A DNA stretch of 64,000 bases from NCBI RefSeq assembly GCF_009914755.1, contig NC_060944.1; one strand, written 5' to 3'. Below are positions 13,397-25,894 of the stretch, in pieces (positions within the stretch are counted from its first letter, which is position 1; each line of letters starts with the position of its first letter). A model generated the notes under the pieces. The model was not told where the DNA came from. It made no database searches and saw only the letters and a list, made by a program, of their open reading frames with translations. Source of the stretch: the human T2T-CHM13v2.0 reference genome, Homo sapiens. The position numbers and the translations under genes were made by a program.

Positions 13397-14242
13397 CACA
13401 CTTCGTGTAAGCAGTATTTTCTAGCAAGCATTACTACAGAACATTGCATGGAGAAGGCTTTGTGCCATGAGCAGAATAAGATAATATACCTGGTTGTGAA
13501 AATATAACCTCAAATATGTCATTGTTCTTTTTTTGCAGAAAGAGGGATTACAATTTAAAAAGTATTTTATGTGAAAAAAAATACATAGATGAGCTAAGAA
13601 GGACATATGTCATGACACTGTTCAAGTTTCAAGATGGGAATCTGAGGTCTGAGCACAATTTTTCCCTCTCACTAAACCCTTAGAAGTGAGGAAAAATAGA
13701 TGAAAGAACTTTTGAAAAAATATATTTTCATATTTATCGTTATCCAGTATACTTTTCTGTGTGCTTAAAATACCATAATAAAATTACCAAGAAAAAAAAA
13801 AAGGAAAGAGAAGGTATTTCAGCAAGCAAAGAATTAATCTTTGTATTTCCAGGCTTCAGTAGGGATTGATCCTGACCTTGTTGCTCTTTAACCTTTCAGA
13901 TGACTGTGCCATGTCTCATAAACTGTCTCAGAATCATACCTCAGCTGCAACAAATCTCCCTCCACGTTGAAGCATCTGCATATTTAACCAATATGCTCCA
14001 ATTCCAGTAGACTGTTTATCATGTAATTTTCTGTCTCCTGTGTCTAAAACAGAGGACTCAGACACCCTGCTGTCCCATAGGGAAGTCCTTTTACTGCTTA
14101 ATTTTTAATCTTCGTATATTAAAAACCCTCTGGTGCTCTTTCTAGGCAAACTAAAATCAGAAGTGCAAGGCCGTAATCCACAGAAATCTGCCAGTCCTGA
14201 CAATTGGGGAAAAAAGAAAAAACAAAACTTCCCATTTTCTAA

Positions 14243-14967
14243 TGAAACAGGAGAATTCCCTAATGCCCTCGTGGGATTTGTGACAGGGGTGCAGCATGCT
14301 CAAACCCATTAGGGGAGGGGGAGCATGCAGACAGGCAGGTGCAGGAGCCAGGGAGAGCACTTTTGGGCTCCAAGGCTGTGGTAGCATCCAGGGGTGTGTT
14401 ACAATTTAATGCTCTTTTAGCAGTTCCTGTCCACAGATGGATAAGTGTTAAACCAGCACAGTGGAGAGTCAGGGTAACAGCCTTTTACACCCTGCCCTCT
14501 TGTTACCCAGGTCCTTGTCCAGTGTCTGGGAAGAATCAGGTCACACGGACTTGAAAAATGGTGAATGCAGGGATTTTATCGAGTGATTGAGGTGGCTCTC
14601 AGTAGGATAGATGGGAAACTGGAAAGGGTATACAGAGGGAAGATGATCTTCCCCTGGAGTTCAGCCATCCCATGGCTGATGTCCGCTCTGACTGTCACCA
14701 GTAGAACTCCTCTCGATGTTTAGACACTCCATCTCTTCTCTGCTGCTCTGCTGCTCTTCTGTTCCTCTGCTGTGGAGCTTGGGGTTTATATGGGTACAGG
14801 ATAGGGGTGTGGTGGGCCAGAGTGGTCTTGGAAAAGGCAACATTTGGGCGTGAAAACAGGAATGCCTGTTTCTAGTTAGGGCTGCGTGATTGCAGGCTTG
14901 AGGATGGGGCCTATGCTGGGGAACCACCCTCTTTTACCCAGTATTTCCTTGCCTCCTGTTCATATCA
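14243..14967 (-). mobile_element. LTR1-family (HUERS-P2, ERV1) solo LTR
   Basis: TG...CA termini, reverse strand starts tgatatgaacaggaggcaaggaaatactgggtaaaagaggg (LTR1 5' end); 4-bp TSD CTAA at 14239-14242 and 14968-14971. Confidence 0.88.
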
Positions 14968-15120
14968 CTAATTATTAACCTGTCTTTTGAATAACTACAA
15001 TAGAAACACATTTTAACCATTGTTACTGCTGCTCTAGAAAGCACTTTATCTCATTAGGGTGAGTACTCCCGAAATGACTGAAGGAGATCTTCAGCCTCAG
15101 CATGATCAGTGCTATAGCTA

Positions 15121-15288
15121 AGTGATTCTCACTTGTGGGGATTGTGCTGCGAGATGTTCAGCAGCACCCCTGGCTTCTACCCAATAGATTCCAGTAGGAT
15201 TCTCCCAGTTGTAACAACCAAAACGTCTCCAGATTTACCAAATACCCACGCGGTGGGAGCAAAATTGCCCCCAGCTTAAAGCCACTGG
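15121..15288 (-). mobile_element. MER20 hAT-Charlie relic
   Basis: 'cagcacccctggcttctaccc...cccagttgtaacaaccaaaacgtctccaga...gcaaaattgccccc...ccactg' is antisense MER20. Confidence 0.85.
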
Positions 15289-15764
15289 TTAAACACAAAA
15301 GGATTTAATGTATAAAATGATGTACTTAAAATGTGTTCCAAGTTATATTGAATCAAGCTCCATGGAAGCTTCTGAAGATACTTCTCAGGACACCACAGAA
15401 ACTGAACCTCCAGAAAATAGTGGGAGATCAGGACGCCACCGACCCAACTCTTAGATGACTTGGGGATAAGGATGTCATAGACCCAACTCCTACATTCAAG
15501 ACCACCTAGTCTCCATCACATTTTTTTCCCAGTGCAATAGATAACTCTCTCTCTTCCTTTAACATCCACAACTTTAGAGACTGCATGCTATTCATCTTTG
15601 CCTACAGTCTAATCACCGGCCAACACAATAGCTACAGTCTGGCAAAACAGCTCACCTGGAATTGGATCTACATGCAAAGGGCACAGCACGTGGAACAGAA
15701 TAAGCCCCCACTCAATAGAACTGTGTCTCTACAATAGAGAGACGGCACAGACTAACATCACAGA

Positions 15765-15912
15765 TCTAAAACTTTACTGATGAGATATTTCATATTCTTT
15801 TTTTTTGTACTAAATCTTCAAAATCTACTGTGTATTTTATAGTCAGAGAACCTCTTGTTAAGTAGTTAACATGTTAAGTGCCCAGTAGTACATAGCATAC
15901 AGAACAGCCTGG
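15765..15912. mobile_element. MER33-like hAT-Charlie relic
   Basis: 'tgagatatttcatattctttttttttgtactaaatcttcaaaatctactgtgtatttta'. Confidence 0.65.
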
Positions 15913-15989
15913 GTCTAAATAAGTTAAGGTCATCATTCCTAAAAGAAAAACTTCATGCTGTAGAAAAAGCATAGTGTCATTAGAGTAGC

Positions 15990-16160
15990 TGTAATAATAA
16001 CAATAGCTAACACGAATATGGTACTTATGATGTGTTCTGTTCTGAGCACTTCACAGGATAAACTCATTTACTCTTCTCAATAATGCTGCGAGGATAGCAA
16101 TATTATTAACAGATGAAGATTGAAAGGCATGGGAATGTTTGACGCCTGTCCAAGGCTACA
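15990..16160 (-). mobile_element. MIR SINE
   Basis: 'ataataacaatagctaacac...ctgagcacttcac...ctcattt...acagatgaag...ccaagg'. Confidence 0.65.
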
Positions 16161-16948
16161 ATAAGACATAAACCTCAGAACATACTTAAAAAATCAGGAG
16201 GACGGAAGAGAATATGAAAGGTAAATGTACGAATTGCCTGAGTTTTGTTTTTCTTGTTGTACAAAAGGAAGAAATGAAAGTTATTTTGTTCTGAAGTTGT
16301 TAATAATATAGGATTAAAATATGCTAATTCAGGAAATACAAGTAACATTAAAATGCTTTCAAAATGCTGAAAGAGATGCATGTGGGAAAATGCTAATTAA
16401 CTGAAAATGAAATTAATGCTAAATAATTGCCCATGTACAACTGAAGCCATCTTACCACCACCAGGTATAAGAATGTCACACACTGTGATATGTAGCAAAA
16501 CCTTACAGGAATAGCAAGAACACAAAAATCATATAAACACACTAGTGGTTTTAAACATCATCAACTATTCCATCCTTCACAAATCCCAAAGATATAAAAC
16601 AAAAGTTAAATGCTGAAATTAGAGTATAGCATTTTAAAAAAGGAAACAGCAAGGAAACATACTGAGCCTACTGCAGAAATAAGAGCAATGTCTCAAACAT
16701 AATAAACATAATAAATAGAAATCACATATTCATTAAAAAGACTTTCATAATGAATAAAAAAATCAAAATATACTACAAAATAAAATACATACCAAATCAA
16801 AGTAATGAAAATTGTTTTAAAATAAAAGGATGATCAATAATATACCAGAGAAATAGAAAAATATTGAGATTATATAGCATCAGGCCTGGTATTACTGCAT
16901 TATAATGTATAAAGAAATAATGTATAATGTAGCTTTGCAATGTATAAA

Positions 16949-17775
16949 GCAGCGCTTTTAAAACTTGCTTAATTCATAGGCTAGTTTCATAAGTTTTTGT
17001 TATGCCTTCATGAAATTTAAATTGTAATTTGCTCTACAATTTCTTTACATTGAATTCTTTTAAATTAAATGATACATCTTAAACAGAAGCAATATATCAC
17101 CATCAAAATACAAAATCATTCTCTATTGCAAAAAATAGAAGGTAACTATTAAACAAAAACTAAAAATTGGAAATTTCCCTAGATGTGCTAGTGTCACTGA
17201 AAGTCTCAGAAAGAAACAGATAAAAGGAGTTTTGAAAACAGACTATTTACAAAGGTTTGGACTGGTGGGGACAAGTCTAAAGTTGACAAGGAATAGTGTG
17301 ATGCTCTGGAAATAGCAGCCGCTGGGGACAGTTACCCACCCTTGACAGGAAGGACACAGAACGGAGAGCTTTTCAGGAGGCCCGGCTCCTAGAAGCTGCT
17401 GCATTTGGAGAAGAAAATGTAGCCAACCCTAAGTGGCCCAGAGAGAAGGATCCAGCAATTCTCAAATCTCTTGCCATTGCCCTGTTCAAACACACTTGTC
17501 TGCCTCCTGAGACAGAAAGCAGAGGCAAGAATAATGGAGAGTAGATGGGTGTGGGCAACTAGAAGATTCTCAAAACAACTCTATTCTACCCAATATTCTT
17601 ACGAAGTCTTGCTCTTCTCTAGTAAAAGTATACTAATACCACCAAGTTCAGATTTTCTTCTTTCATAATGAAGACTTGAAGATAAATGAAAAGGAAAGCA
17701 CTGCCTCCCAATGTTCATGCCATGCCCATGTACAGTTGAAGCCAACTTACCACCATTCATAAGAATCCCACACAC
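16949..17775. mobile_element. hAT-Charlie DNA transposon relic split by LTR41-like LTR
   Basis: 'aaatagaaggtaactat' and 'atactaataccaccaagttcagattttc...gaaaaggaaagc...atgccatgcccatgtac' resemble a Charlie4-type element as recalled. Confidence 0.5.
17184..17577 (-). mobile_element. ERVL LTR (LTR41-like)
   Basis: 'tgtgctagtg...gaaacagat...gactatttacaaaggtttgg...gttacccaccc...ggagagtagatgggtgtgggcaactagaagat...aca'. Confidence 0.55.
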
Positions 17776-18610
17776 CGAGATACGTAACAAGACCTTCCAG
17801 ATACAGCACGAACACAAAATCACATGAACATACTAGCGGTTGTGACCACAATCATACCGTTGCATCTTTCGCAGGCACAAAGATATGAAACAAAAGTTAA
17901 ATATAGATGAATCTGAAGAGCATAGCCCGTAAATGTAGATTATACTTTCTAGACAGAGAATGCAGCTACTTCTTATGTGTATATGGGGTATTTACAAATA
18001 CTGACTACAAATTAGACTCCAAACAAATTCAAAATTCTGAAGAACAGAAACTAGACATATATAATTGCCCATAATCTCTGACAGCAATGCAATATACCTA
18101 GAAACACGTAACAAATGAAAAAACTGAAACTTGACTACTTAGAATTTAAAAGAAAATATTTTCTACTGAGTAACTCCTGAACCACAGAAAAAAATCAGAA
18201 GTGCAATTGCTGAATAGTTAAAACACAATGATACTGAAAACTCTCTGTATAAAAAATATGGAAAGATGCCAAAGAATTTGTTCAATAGAAAATCAGAATC
18301 ATAAATGTTTCCTTGCCGAAAACAGAAAGAATGAAAACAGAAAAATAGTGTTTTCAACATAAAAAATATAAAAAAAGAACTCAAAGAGCTAAGGAAAGCA
18401 GAAAAATAGAAGAGATCAATATAAAAGCATGAATTAATTTGTTGTAAAAGACAAAAAGTAAAATTGATTAGTACACGAAATAAAAAGGAAAATAGCATCA
18501 ATAGAGAAGAATGCATACATTGGAAAACAGAAAAATAGAATTGAAAAATTTATAAAATAATTCTTTTTAAAATAAGAACAAATAATTTTATTATAAAAAA
18601 GAAATACATC

Positions 18611-18917
18611 GGCCAGGTGCAGTGGTTCACGCCTGTAATCCCAGCACTTTGGGAGGCTGAGGCGGGCGGATCACGAGGTCAGGAGATTGAAACCATTCTG
18701 GCTAACACAGTGAAACCCCATCTCTACTAAAAATAAAAAAATTAGACGGGTGTGGTGGCGGGCGCCTGTAGTCCCAGCTACTCAGGAGACTGACGCAGGA
18801 GAATGGCGTGAACCCGGGAGGCAGAGCTTGCAGTGAGCCGAGATTGCACCACTGCACTCTAGCCTGGGCGACAGAGCAAGACTCCGTCTCAAAAAAAAAA
18901 AAAAAAAAGAAAGAAAG
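18611..18917 (+). mobile_element. AluY
   Basis: Full dimer with A-tail; perfect TSD aaaagaaatacatc (18597-18610, 18918-18931). Confidence 0.95.
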
Positions 18918-19749
18918 AAAAGAAATACATCACTGTGGAAACTTATTAGGAAAATGGAACTGATTAAAAGAGTATTTAACAGAATATTTGCTCAATTCTA
19001 TGCTAACAAATTTGAGAATGTGACTAGACCATTTTCTATAAATATAAAAGTACTATACTACAAATTGGTCCAACAAAAAAATAGAATTCTTCAACAAACT
19101 CAAAACCAAGGAAGAAATTGAGAAAGTTTTCAAAGATCGAATTCTCAATAAAGTTTCAGAAAATTTCATGCATGAATTCCTACAAATCTTTAAGAAACAG
19201 ATAACTCATGAGCTTTTTAAATTGTCCTAAAGCATAAAGTTAGAATTAATGCTTTCTAATTCTTTTTACAAAACCACTGTAGCACAAATACCTAAGCTTA
19301 ACAAGAATAGCACTGAAAACAGAACCTATAAACCAAACCCATGAATATTGATGGAAAAATCACAAAATATCAACAAATAGAATCCACATAACATTTTAAA
19401 AATAAGTTTTAGTTCAGATATTCAAGAATAATCTAACATTAGAAAAATATCATTTTCATTCAGCATATAAATCAGCAGAAAAGTAATAAAATGATCATAT
19501 CAATAAGGCCAAAAACACATATATGATAGAATTGAGCATTCAATCATATATTTAGTAATATCTATGTCATTTATTATAAAGTAGATGTAGCTGCTAAAAT
19601 TTAACATGTGATATATAAATAACATTTCATAAATGAATGAATCACAATAATTTGTTCCTGTAGCTACAGCTTTCAATCTGAATAGAAAAGAGTCACTTCC
19701 TCCTGAACAGAAAATAGTAGCCTGGATAGAAAAGCACATATGTCAAAAT

Positions 19750-19930
19750 TTTGCAAACACAGGCACAAATAGGGCTCACCCAGGTATTAGCTAGGTAATT
19801 ATGTCCAATTATATAATCTATTCAAGACTCAAAGTTTTGTAACATGAGGGCAATAAAACACATCTTGACAGGTTATTTTCAGGATTGTAAAAAGTGCAGA
19901 ACACTTAGTACAAAGTAGGTGCTCAACTAA
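19750..19930 (+). mobile_element. MIR SINE
   Basis: 'caggttattttcaggattg...cttagtacaaagtaggtgctcaactaatg' MIR tail. Confidence 0.55.
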
Positions 19931-22900
19931 TGCTCTCTTCATTGCCTTTGTTGCTAGCTGTGGTAAAATAATTTGCACAATTTGCATTTGAATCCAAGCT
20001 TACAAAATAAATATTTTCTTATAAAATCTCTACCCCTCTACCACATCCATTTAGGGAGAAGACATAACAGGTCAAAAATATTTTTCCATTATAAAATCAT
20101 TCTTATGTGAAAAAATGTATAAAATGAAAATGCACAATATAGAATTAAAGTTTCTCATAGTTAATTCTCTGTCATAGGCTTCATTATATTTGGCATGTAT
20201 TCCTCTATGCTTGGGATCTTAGTTGGGGCTGTACCCTTTAAATACATTTTTAAAACAAAATTGTAAAGTCTTCAGAAAAATACTTAATTTGACAACTTCA
20301 TTTCACACATTGCTTTACAGTTACTTATATATTTTACAAGACCCAAACTGGCTGTGTCTTTGATCTGATCCAAAGTCATATAGTATATAATATAATCCGT
20401 CAGTATTTAAAATCCTAAGTCATTGGTCAAATATGGAAATGTTTCAAGAGATTATGACTGTGCCAACCTTATCCCTTCTCATCATGTAAACAAACAAATC
20501 AGTTGGAAGTGGATGGGTCTTAGCGGTAGCTCAGTCATAACCATTTTCAAATATGAAGGACCAGAAATACAAATAGTTGGAACAGAATCCCATCAGATGA
20601 CATGCAGGTATGCTTAATTATTTGTCTATATAACAAAAAATTTTAAATTTGCCCAGTTTTCCACTTAATTTCATCAACATAGATAACTATATATTGGAGG
20701 TTCCTCAGTGGCAAGTAATAGAAAGAAATCATTGTCTCATCTTGAACTATCTCGTTGAACTATCTACAATTGATGAGTTTAACCATGTAATTGACAATAT
20801 TCCAATCTCCACTGGGCTAATGAAAACCTCAGCACACTGATAATACCTCAAAGTTTTTTCCTGTTCAAGTTTTTAATGTTGCTTGTGGTTAAGGTTCATC
20901 ACAATTAAATACCAGATTATTGCCTAAAAAGCTTATTGTTGTTCTTGTTTAGCTGTCTAATTTCCTTTTGTTAATATGCTCTTAAAGCTGTTACAAAATA
21001 CTTTTTCCAAGCTAATTTGGGAAAGACATTTTACAAAGAGCAGGTAATTTTAAAAGCATCATTCTAAAGTTGATCTTTCATTATTTCTCTAAAAAACAAC
21101 ATAATTGGTAGGATCAAGGCCACCTACAGATCAGTCTTTAGGCAAATCTTGTATATTCAAGGTATAAAACTTCTCCCTGAGCCCAGTCTCATTATCTAAT
21201 GGGAAAGTGCTGAGAAAGATAAAAGTTATGAGATTATTTTTTCCCTTGCTTTCTGCCCCACCTCCCTACTTTCATAAAACATCTTTTATCAGGCCATGTC
21301 CTGGAAAATCAGACATAATTGCAGTAACCTTAACAAGTAAAGGGAGGAATCTGTCATATCCTATTTTTATCAACTTTGTTTTGAAAGCTTTCGATGTGTA
21401 GCTTCTTCTATTAAATGACTTAATGCATATGTGCTCTGCAAGAGGAGATTAAGCCATGTGTATGCTGTCTGCTGTATCTAGGGGTGTCATTTGGAGAATC
21501 AACTTCAATTAAATCTAATTACATTCCCCTTCAACTAGAGAGGCATGAAAAGGACCCATAAACTTAATTTTAATTGTAAGTCAATTACATTGTGAAGACG
21601 CAGAAAAAATATTAAATGAGTATGACAGAGTCATCCTGCATGGATACTATACTCTCAGACCTCATGTAAAGAGAATTACTAGGAGTGAATTTAAATAAAA
21701 ATCCTTATTCAAATGTTACCCAAAATATTGTACCCATTTTTTTTTGAACTAATACCCATATTTCCAATGGGAATGCAATCTAATGTGGAAAGATGTCATT
21801 GTTCATTGGGAATGAAGAATGAAAATTCCGTGCATTCAGGTCATTCAAGGGAAGAGACAGACAGGAATTCTTTAAAACTCAGACAACCAGCCTGCTCTGT
21901 AATCATGGCCAAAAACAACAAAGTTGTAATTTTTATACATACCTTTCAATTGGTTAATAGACTTTTGGAAAATAATGCTCATAATTTCAGAGGAACTTGA
22001 TGTTGCCATTGGCCAGGCCCAACTTACAGAACCTCTCCTGCAACTAAAGGTGCCACTCAAAGTACATAGACCAAGAACCAGGGCAGGGTGCCCCTACAGG
22101 AATATGGCACATCGTGAACAGAAGCAAGGTGAATGGATACTAAGTAGCACCAACAATAGATTTCCATGATCACAGGCATTCTAAAATTATTTCTTTGATT
22201 AAGACATATTGGTGGCAACTTTAGTTACTGTGCTATATTGCCTATCCTCTCTTCAAGGCACTTTAATGAAACTGGTTTATTTTATGAGATTAAATGAAAC
22301 ACTCTTCTAGAAATAGTCCTCATCTTCATTGTGAAGGTATTATTCAGGACTTTTTTTCATATATTCCACACTGTTCTTTTTCTTTCTTTTTTAGAATCCA
22401 TGTGAGAAATTTTTATCTGTTCTTAGCATCAGGAATAGTTATGACTCCTCTGAGAAATATGTTCAAGTTTCATTTTCTAGAATCCTGGGACTTGTGTAAC
22501 TAATCATGTTTCCCTAATGTTTTCCTATTTTTAACTCTCTGAGAATACTAGCACCCTTAGCAAGTAAATGTACGGGAAACTTATGTATGCTTTTTACAAA
22601 ATTGTTGTTATTACACAGACTTATTTACTCAACTTACAGTTTGAATTAGTTCAGTGCATTTTATGTTTTCTTATAAGATATACAATTTGTTTAGTCAAAT
22701 GAGCAAAGATATGAAATCATATCTTTGAAATCATGTCTTATGGGAATCAAGCTAGTAATGGAAATGGGTCAAGCATCTCACATGGGAAGGGCATCTGGTT
22801 CTCTTTCTAATGACACACTGGTTCCTCTGATCCAGCCAATTAGTGTCACATTGAGGATTGAGACCCATATGGCCAGATCTTTAAGAAAAGGCAAAACTGC

Positions 22901-23839
22901 ATCCTAAACCCATGTTGCCTTCAAAGATAGATGGTGGATAATACAGAACTATATGATCTTCCTTAAGTTAATATATTTTTGTCTTCATTAAAAGCATAAG
23001 AAATGAGAAACATTTTATTTATTAAAGCAGTAAAGAAAATGATGGAAAGGGTATTTGTTAGCTCATGGAGTGACTGAAGAGTCCACAGTGCCTGGTTGGG
23101 AAAATGGGCAAGAACCAGGGATTTGCGTCTGAGCACAAACTTGACTGCAGGAATGGGAAGCCCTAGTTCTGCCGCTCTGGACATTCATCAACATGCTGCT
23201 GGATCGGCTGCCACCAGCACTCTGCACACTGGATTGTCTCCACCTTGGAGACTGTGTCCACCTTTGACATGAATCCCAAATGCACCCTGCCTCTTTCGGG
23301 AGCATTCAGTAGACTAAGCTTAACTGCATGTTTAAGGCAAAGCTGCCAGAAATTGGTGAGAACCTGTACCTGAGCTTTGATCCTTCATTGTAGGAAGGTT
23401 TTCTAAACATAGGACAGGGATTCATAGATGTGGTATGCATAAGCAGAAGGGCAAATCTCCACCATAGGACCCAAGAGCAATATCCATCTAACAGTTTTTT
23501 GAAATGAACAACAAACAACCTATTTTATGCTAAGCAATATTTTTTTTCGTCTAAAACATCCAGTTGACTATTCTTTTAATAAATAGGAGATGAGAACAGT
23601 TTTATCTTTGGGACTAGTAGTTATTATCCATTAGTGTTAGGGCTCTATCTTTGAAAGTTATGTGGCATTATTAAATAATAATATTCCCCTTGTTAGGGTG
23701 ATTAAACAAACATTTAATGATCTCTCTGTGAGAGATAAAAATAAAAATACCTAGATGACAAAGCAAAAGCCTTTCAAATACCCTTAGAAGAAACCAACCC
23801 CAAGGCCCTTGTGACAGCCTCCACATGCTATCAAAAACC

Positions 23840-24006
23840 AGTAGCTCAATCTTATTAAGTTAGACTCACCTGGAAAGGTTAAAAGTTTTAAAGTATAGAT
23901 TCCCAAGACATCCCAGAGATTCAAACATAACCCTCCTGGGTTGGAGCCCAGTCTTGGTATTTGTTAAATGTTTTTCCAGGTATTTTCAGCACTGAGATCA
24001 GCACTG
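23840..24006. mobile_element. MER5-type DNA transposon relic
   Basis: 'ttagactcacctgg...cccagagattc...gggttggagcccag...ccaggt...agcactg'. Confidence 0.6.
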
Positions 24007-24588
24007 TTCTGATCCCGAGAAGAAGGAACTGGTACCATAGATAAAGGGAAAAAAAGGGAAAGGAAACTTTTCTATTTGAGAAGACCACAAGTAGTCACCT
24101 TTATAAAAACATTTATCCCACTGGCATATTATTAGAGCCATTAATTTGCATGAAGGATGAGATGAGAAAAAAGTTTATATAATTTCCAGAGGATTGTAGT
24201 ACTATTGAGTGCTGATATAATAATGATGATGATGATAATAATTGTGAGCTCAACAGGAGAAAGTACAGTGACCGACTCCCAAGGCCGGCCATGGGTGCAG
24301 GTAGAGCGATTTACCACGTACGCCAGGTATTTGCCATCCTTAAAGTGTTTCCTTCACAACAGTTCATCCTACTCAGTACGTGTGATCTCCGATTAAAACT
24401 ATTGATCCACTTGACTAGCTCTGACATAGCAGAGAATCTGGCTCTGCGAGGAGACAAGAAACAGGTGAATTATTTGCAAAGTAGAAAGAGAACTAAAGCA
24501 GTGGCAACAAGTCAAGACAATGAGACCAAACTGGACTAGTAGCTGCTGTATTCCTCCCCTCCAAGCACTTGGCAGTTAATTATATACA

Positions 24589-24785
24589 CAGTCAGCCCTT
24601 CTTATCCACAGTTCTGCATCTGCATCTGGAGATTTAACCAACTGCAGGTGGAAAACACAGTGATGGTGGGATGCAGAATCTATGGATAAGGAAGGTGGAC
24701 TTTTTGTATCCATGGGTTCCACAGGGCTGACCACTGGACTTGAGCATCCTCAGATTTACGTATTGTTGGGGATCCTGGAACCAAT
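24589..24785. mobile_element. MER2B (TcMar-Tigger) relic
   Basis: 'cagtcagcccttcttatccacag...tttaaccaactgcagg...ggacttgagcatcctcagat...gggatcctggaaccaat'. Confidence 0.8.
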
Positions 24786-24796
24786 GTGTGTATATG

Positions 24797-25101
24797 TGTG
24801 ATATGGTTAAAATACGTATTTAGTTTTCATCCCCATTTCCTGATAATATAGCTTCTAAAACGCTTGGAATCTCTGGAGTGATGTCTTCTGTATACCAATG
24901 AGCTGACTGGCAACTGGCAGTCCCTGGGCATCTTCAGGTAGAGCCGGTAGCAAGAAACACCAAGGCAGGATTAAAGGATTGGGGCTTTCAGACCCACCAC
25001 AACCTTCAGGGATGGGAGGGGGATGAAAGCTAAGTTGATTGCCAACTATCCAATCAGTCATTCCTACTTAATGAAGTTTCCATACCCAACCCCTCAACCT
25101 G

Positions 25102-25136
<35 letters not shown>

Positions 25137-25699
25137 AAACAAAAAAACACACAGGGTTTGGGGAGTTCATGGATAGTGGAACACACAGAGGTTCCCTGAG
25201 TGCAGTGCACTCAGAGAGGGCATGGAAGCTCCAAGCCCCTTCCCACACGCCTCGCCCTATGCATCTCTTCCGTCTGGTTCTTCATCTGTATCCTTTGTAA
25301 TATCCTTTATAATAAACTTGTAGAGGTAATTCTGAGTGTGTCCCTGAGTTCTGTGAGCTGCTGCAGTAAATGAATCAAACCCAAGGAGGCAGTTGTGGGA
25401 AGCCTGATGTATAGCCAATTGTTCAGAAGCACAGGTGAAACAACCTTGGGCTTGTAATTGGCATGGGAAGTTTGGGGGCAGTCTTCAACCTGTGGTATCC
25501 AATGCTATCTTCAGTAGATAGTGTCAGAGCTGAATTGAATTAGAAAACACCCAACTGATGTCTGCTGGAGAATCTGTGGAATTGCTTGCTTGGTGGCGAG
25601 AAATCCCCGCACTTTGGTGATTAAAAGTCACAGAAACATTTGTGTTATGTTGAGTATAAAGTAGAGTAGGAGAAACTATTTGTTTATTCCTATATTACA
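24797..25699 (+). mobile_element. MER21 (MER21B-like) solo LTR with internal (CA)n
   Basis: 'tgtgatatgg...cttggaatctctggagtgat...gagagggcatggaagctcc...ccctatgcatctcttc...tatcctttataataaac...gtgtcagagctgaattgaattag...aca'. Confidence 0.82.
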
Positions 25700-25894
25700 G
25701 TATGAATTTAATTTGTATGTCATTAATATAAGTAGATATACATGGCTCATTAGGTAAAGAGCAAGTGTTCATTTGAGAACATATATATTCAACTAATGAG
25801 TAAGTTCAAGGAAATATATGTGCTTGAATGAAAACTGGATCTTTACCCAATATATAAAATGTATAATATTAGATAACCAGTTCTACTCAAGTAT

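Larger units (their letters stand above)
16170..19550 (+). mobile_element. Ancient L1M (inter-ORF + ORF2 5' half), fragmented by later insertions
   Basis: A-rich degraded ORF2-like blocks ('tctgacagcaatgcaata', 'ctatgctaacaaatttgagaatgtgac', 'gaattcctacaaatctttaagaaacagataact', 'catgaatattgatggaaaaatc'). Confidence 0.7.

Noticed and set aside
16428-17927. DGR-like template/variable repeat or codon-structured divergence in the duplication
   Set aside because: Mismatches are not adenine-specific or third-position-biased, and there is no shared ORF or dedicated RT; the duplication is kept as a finding on other grounds.
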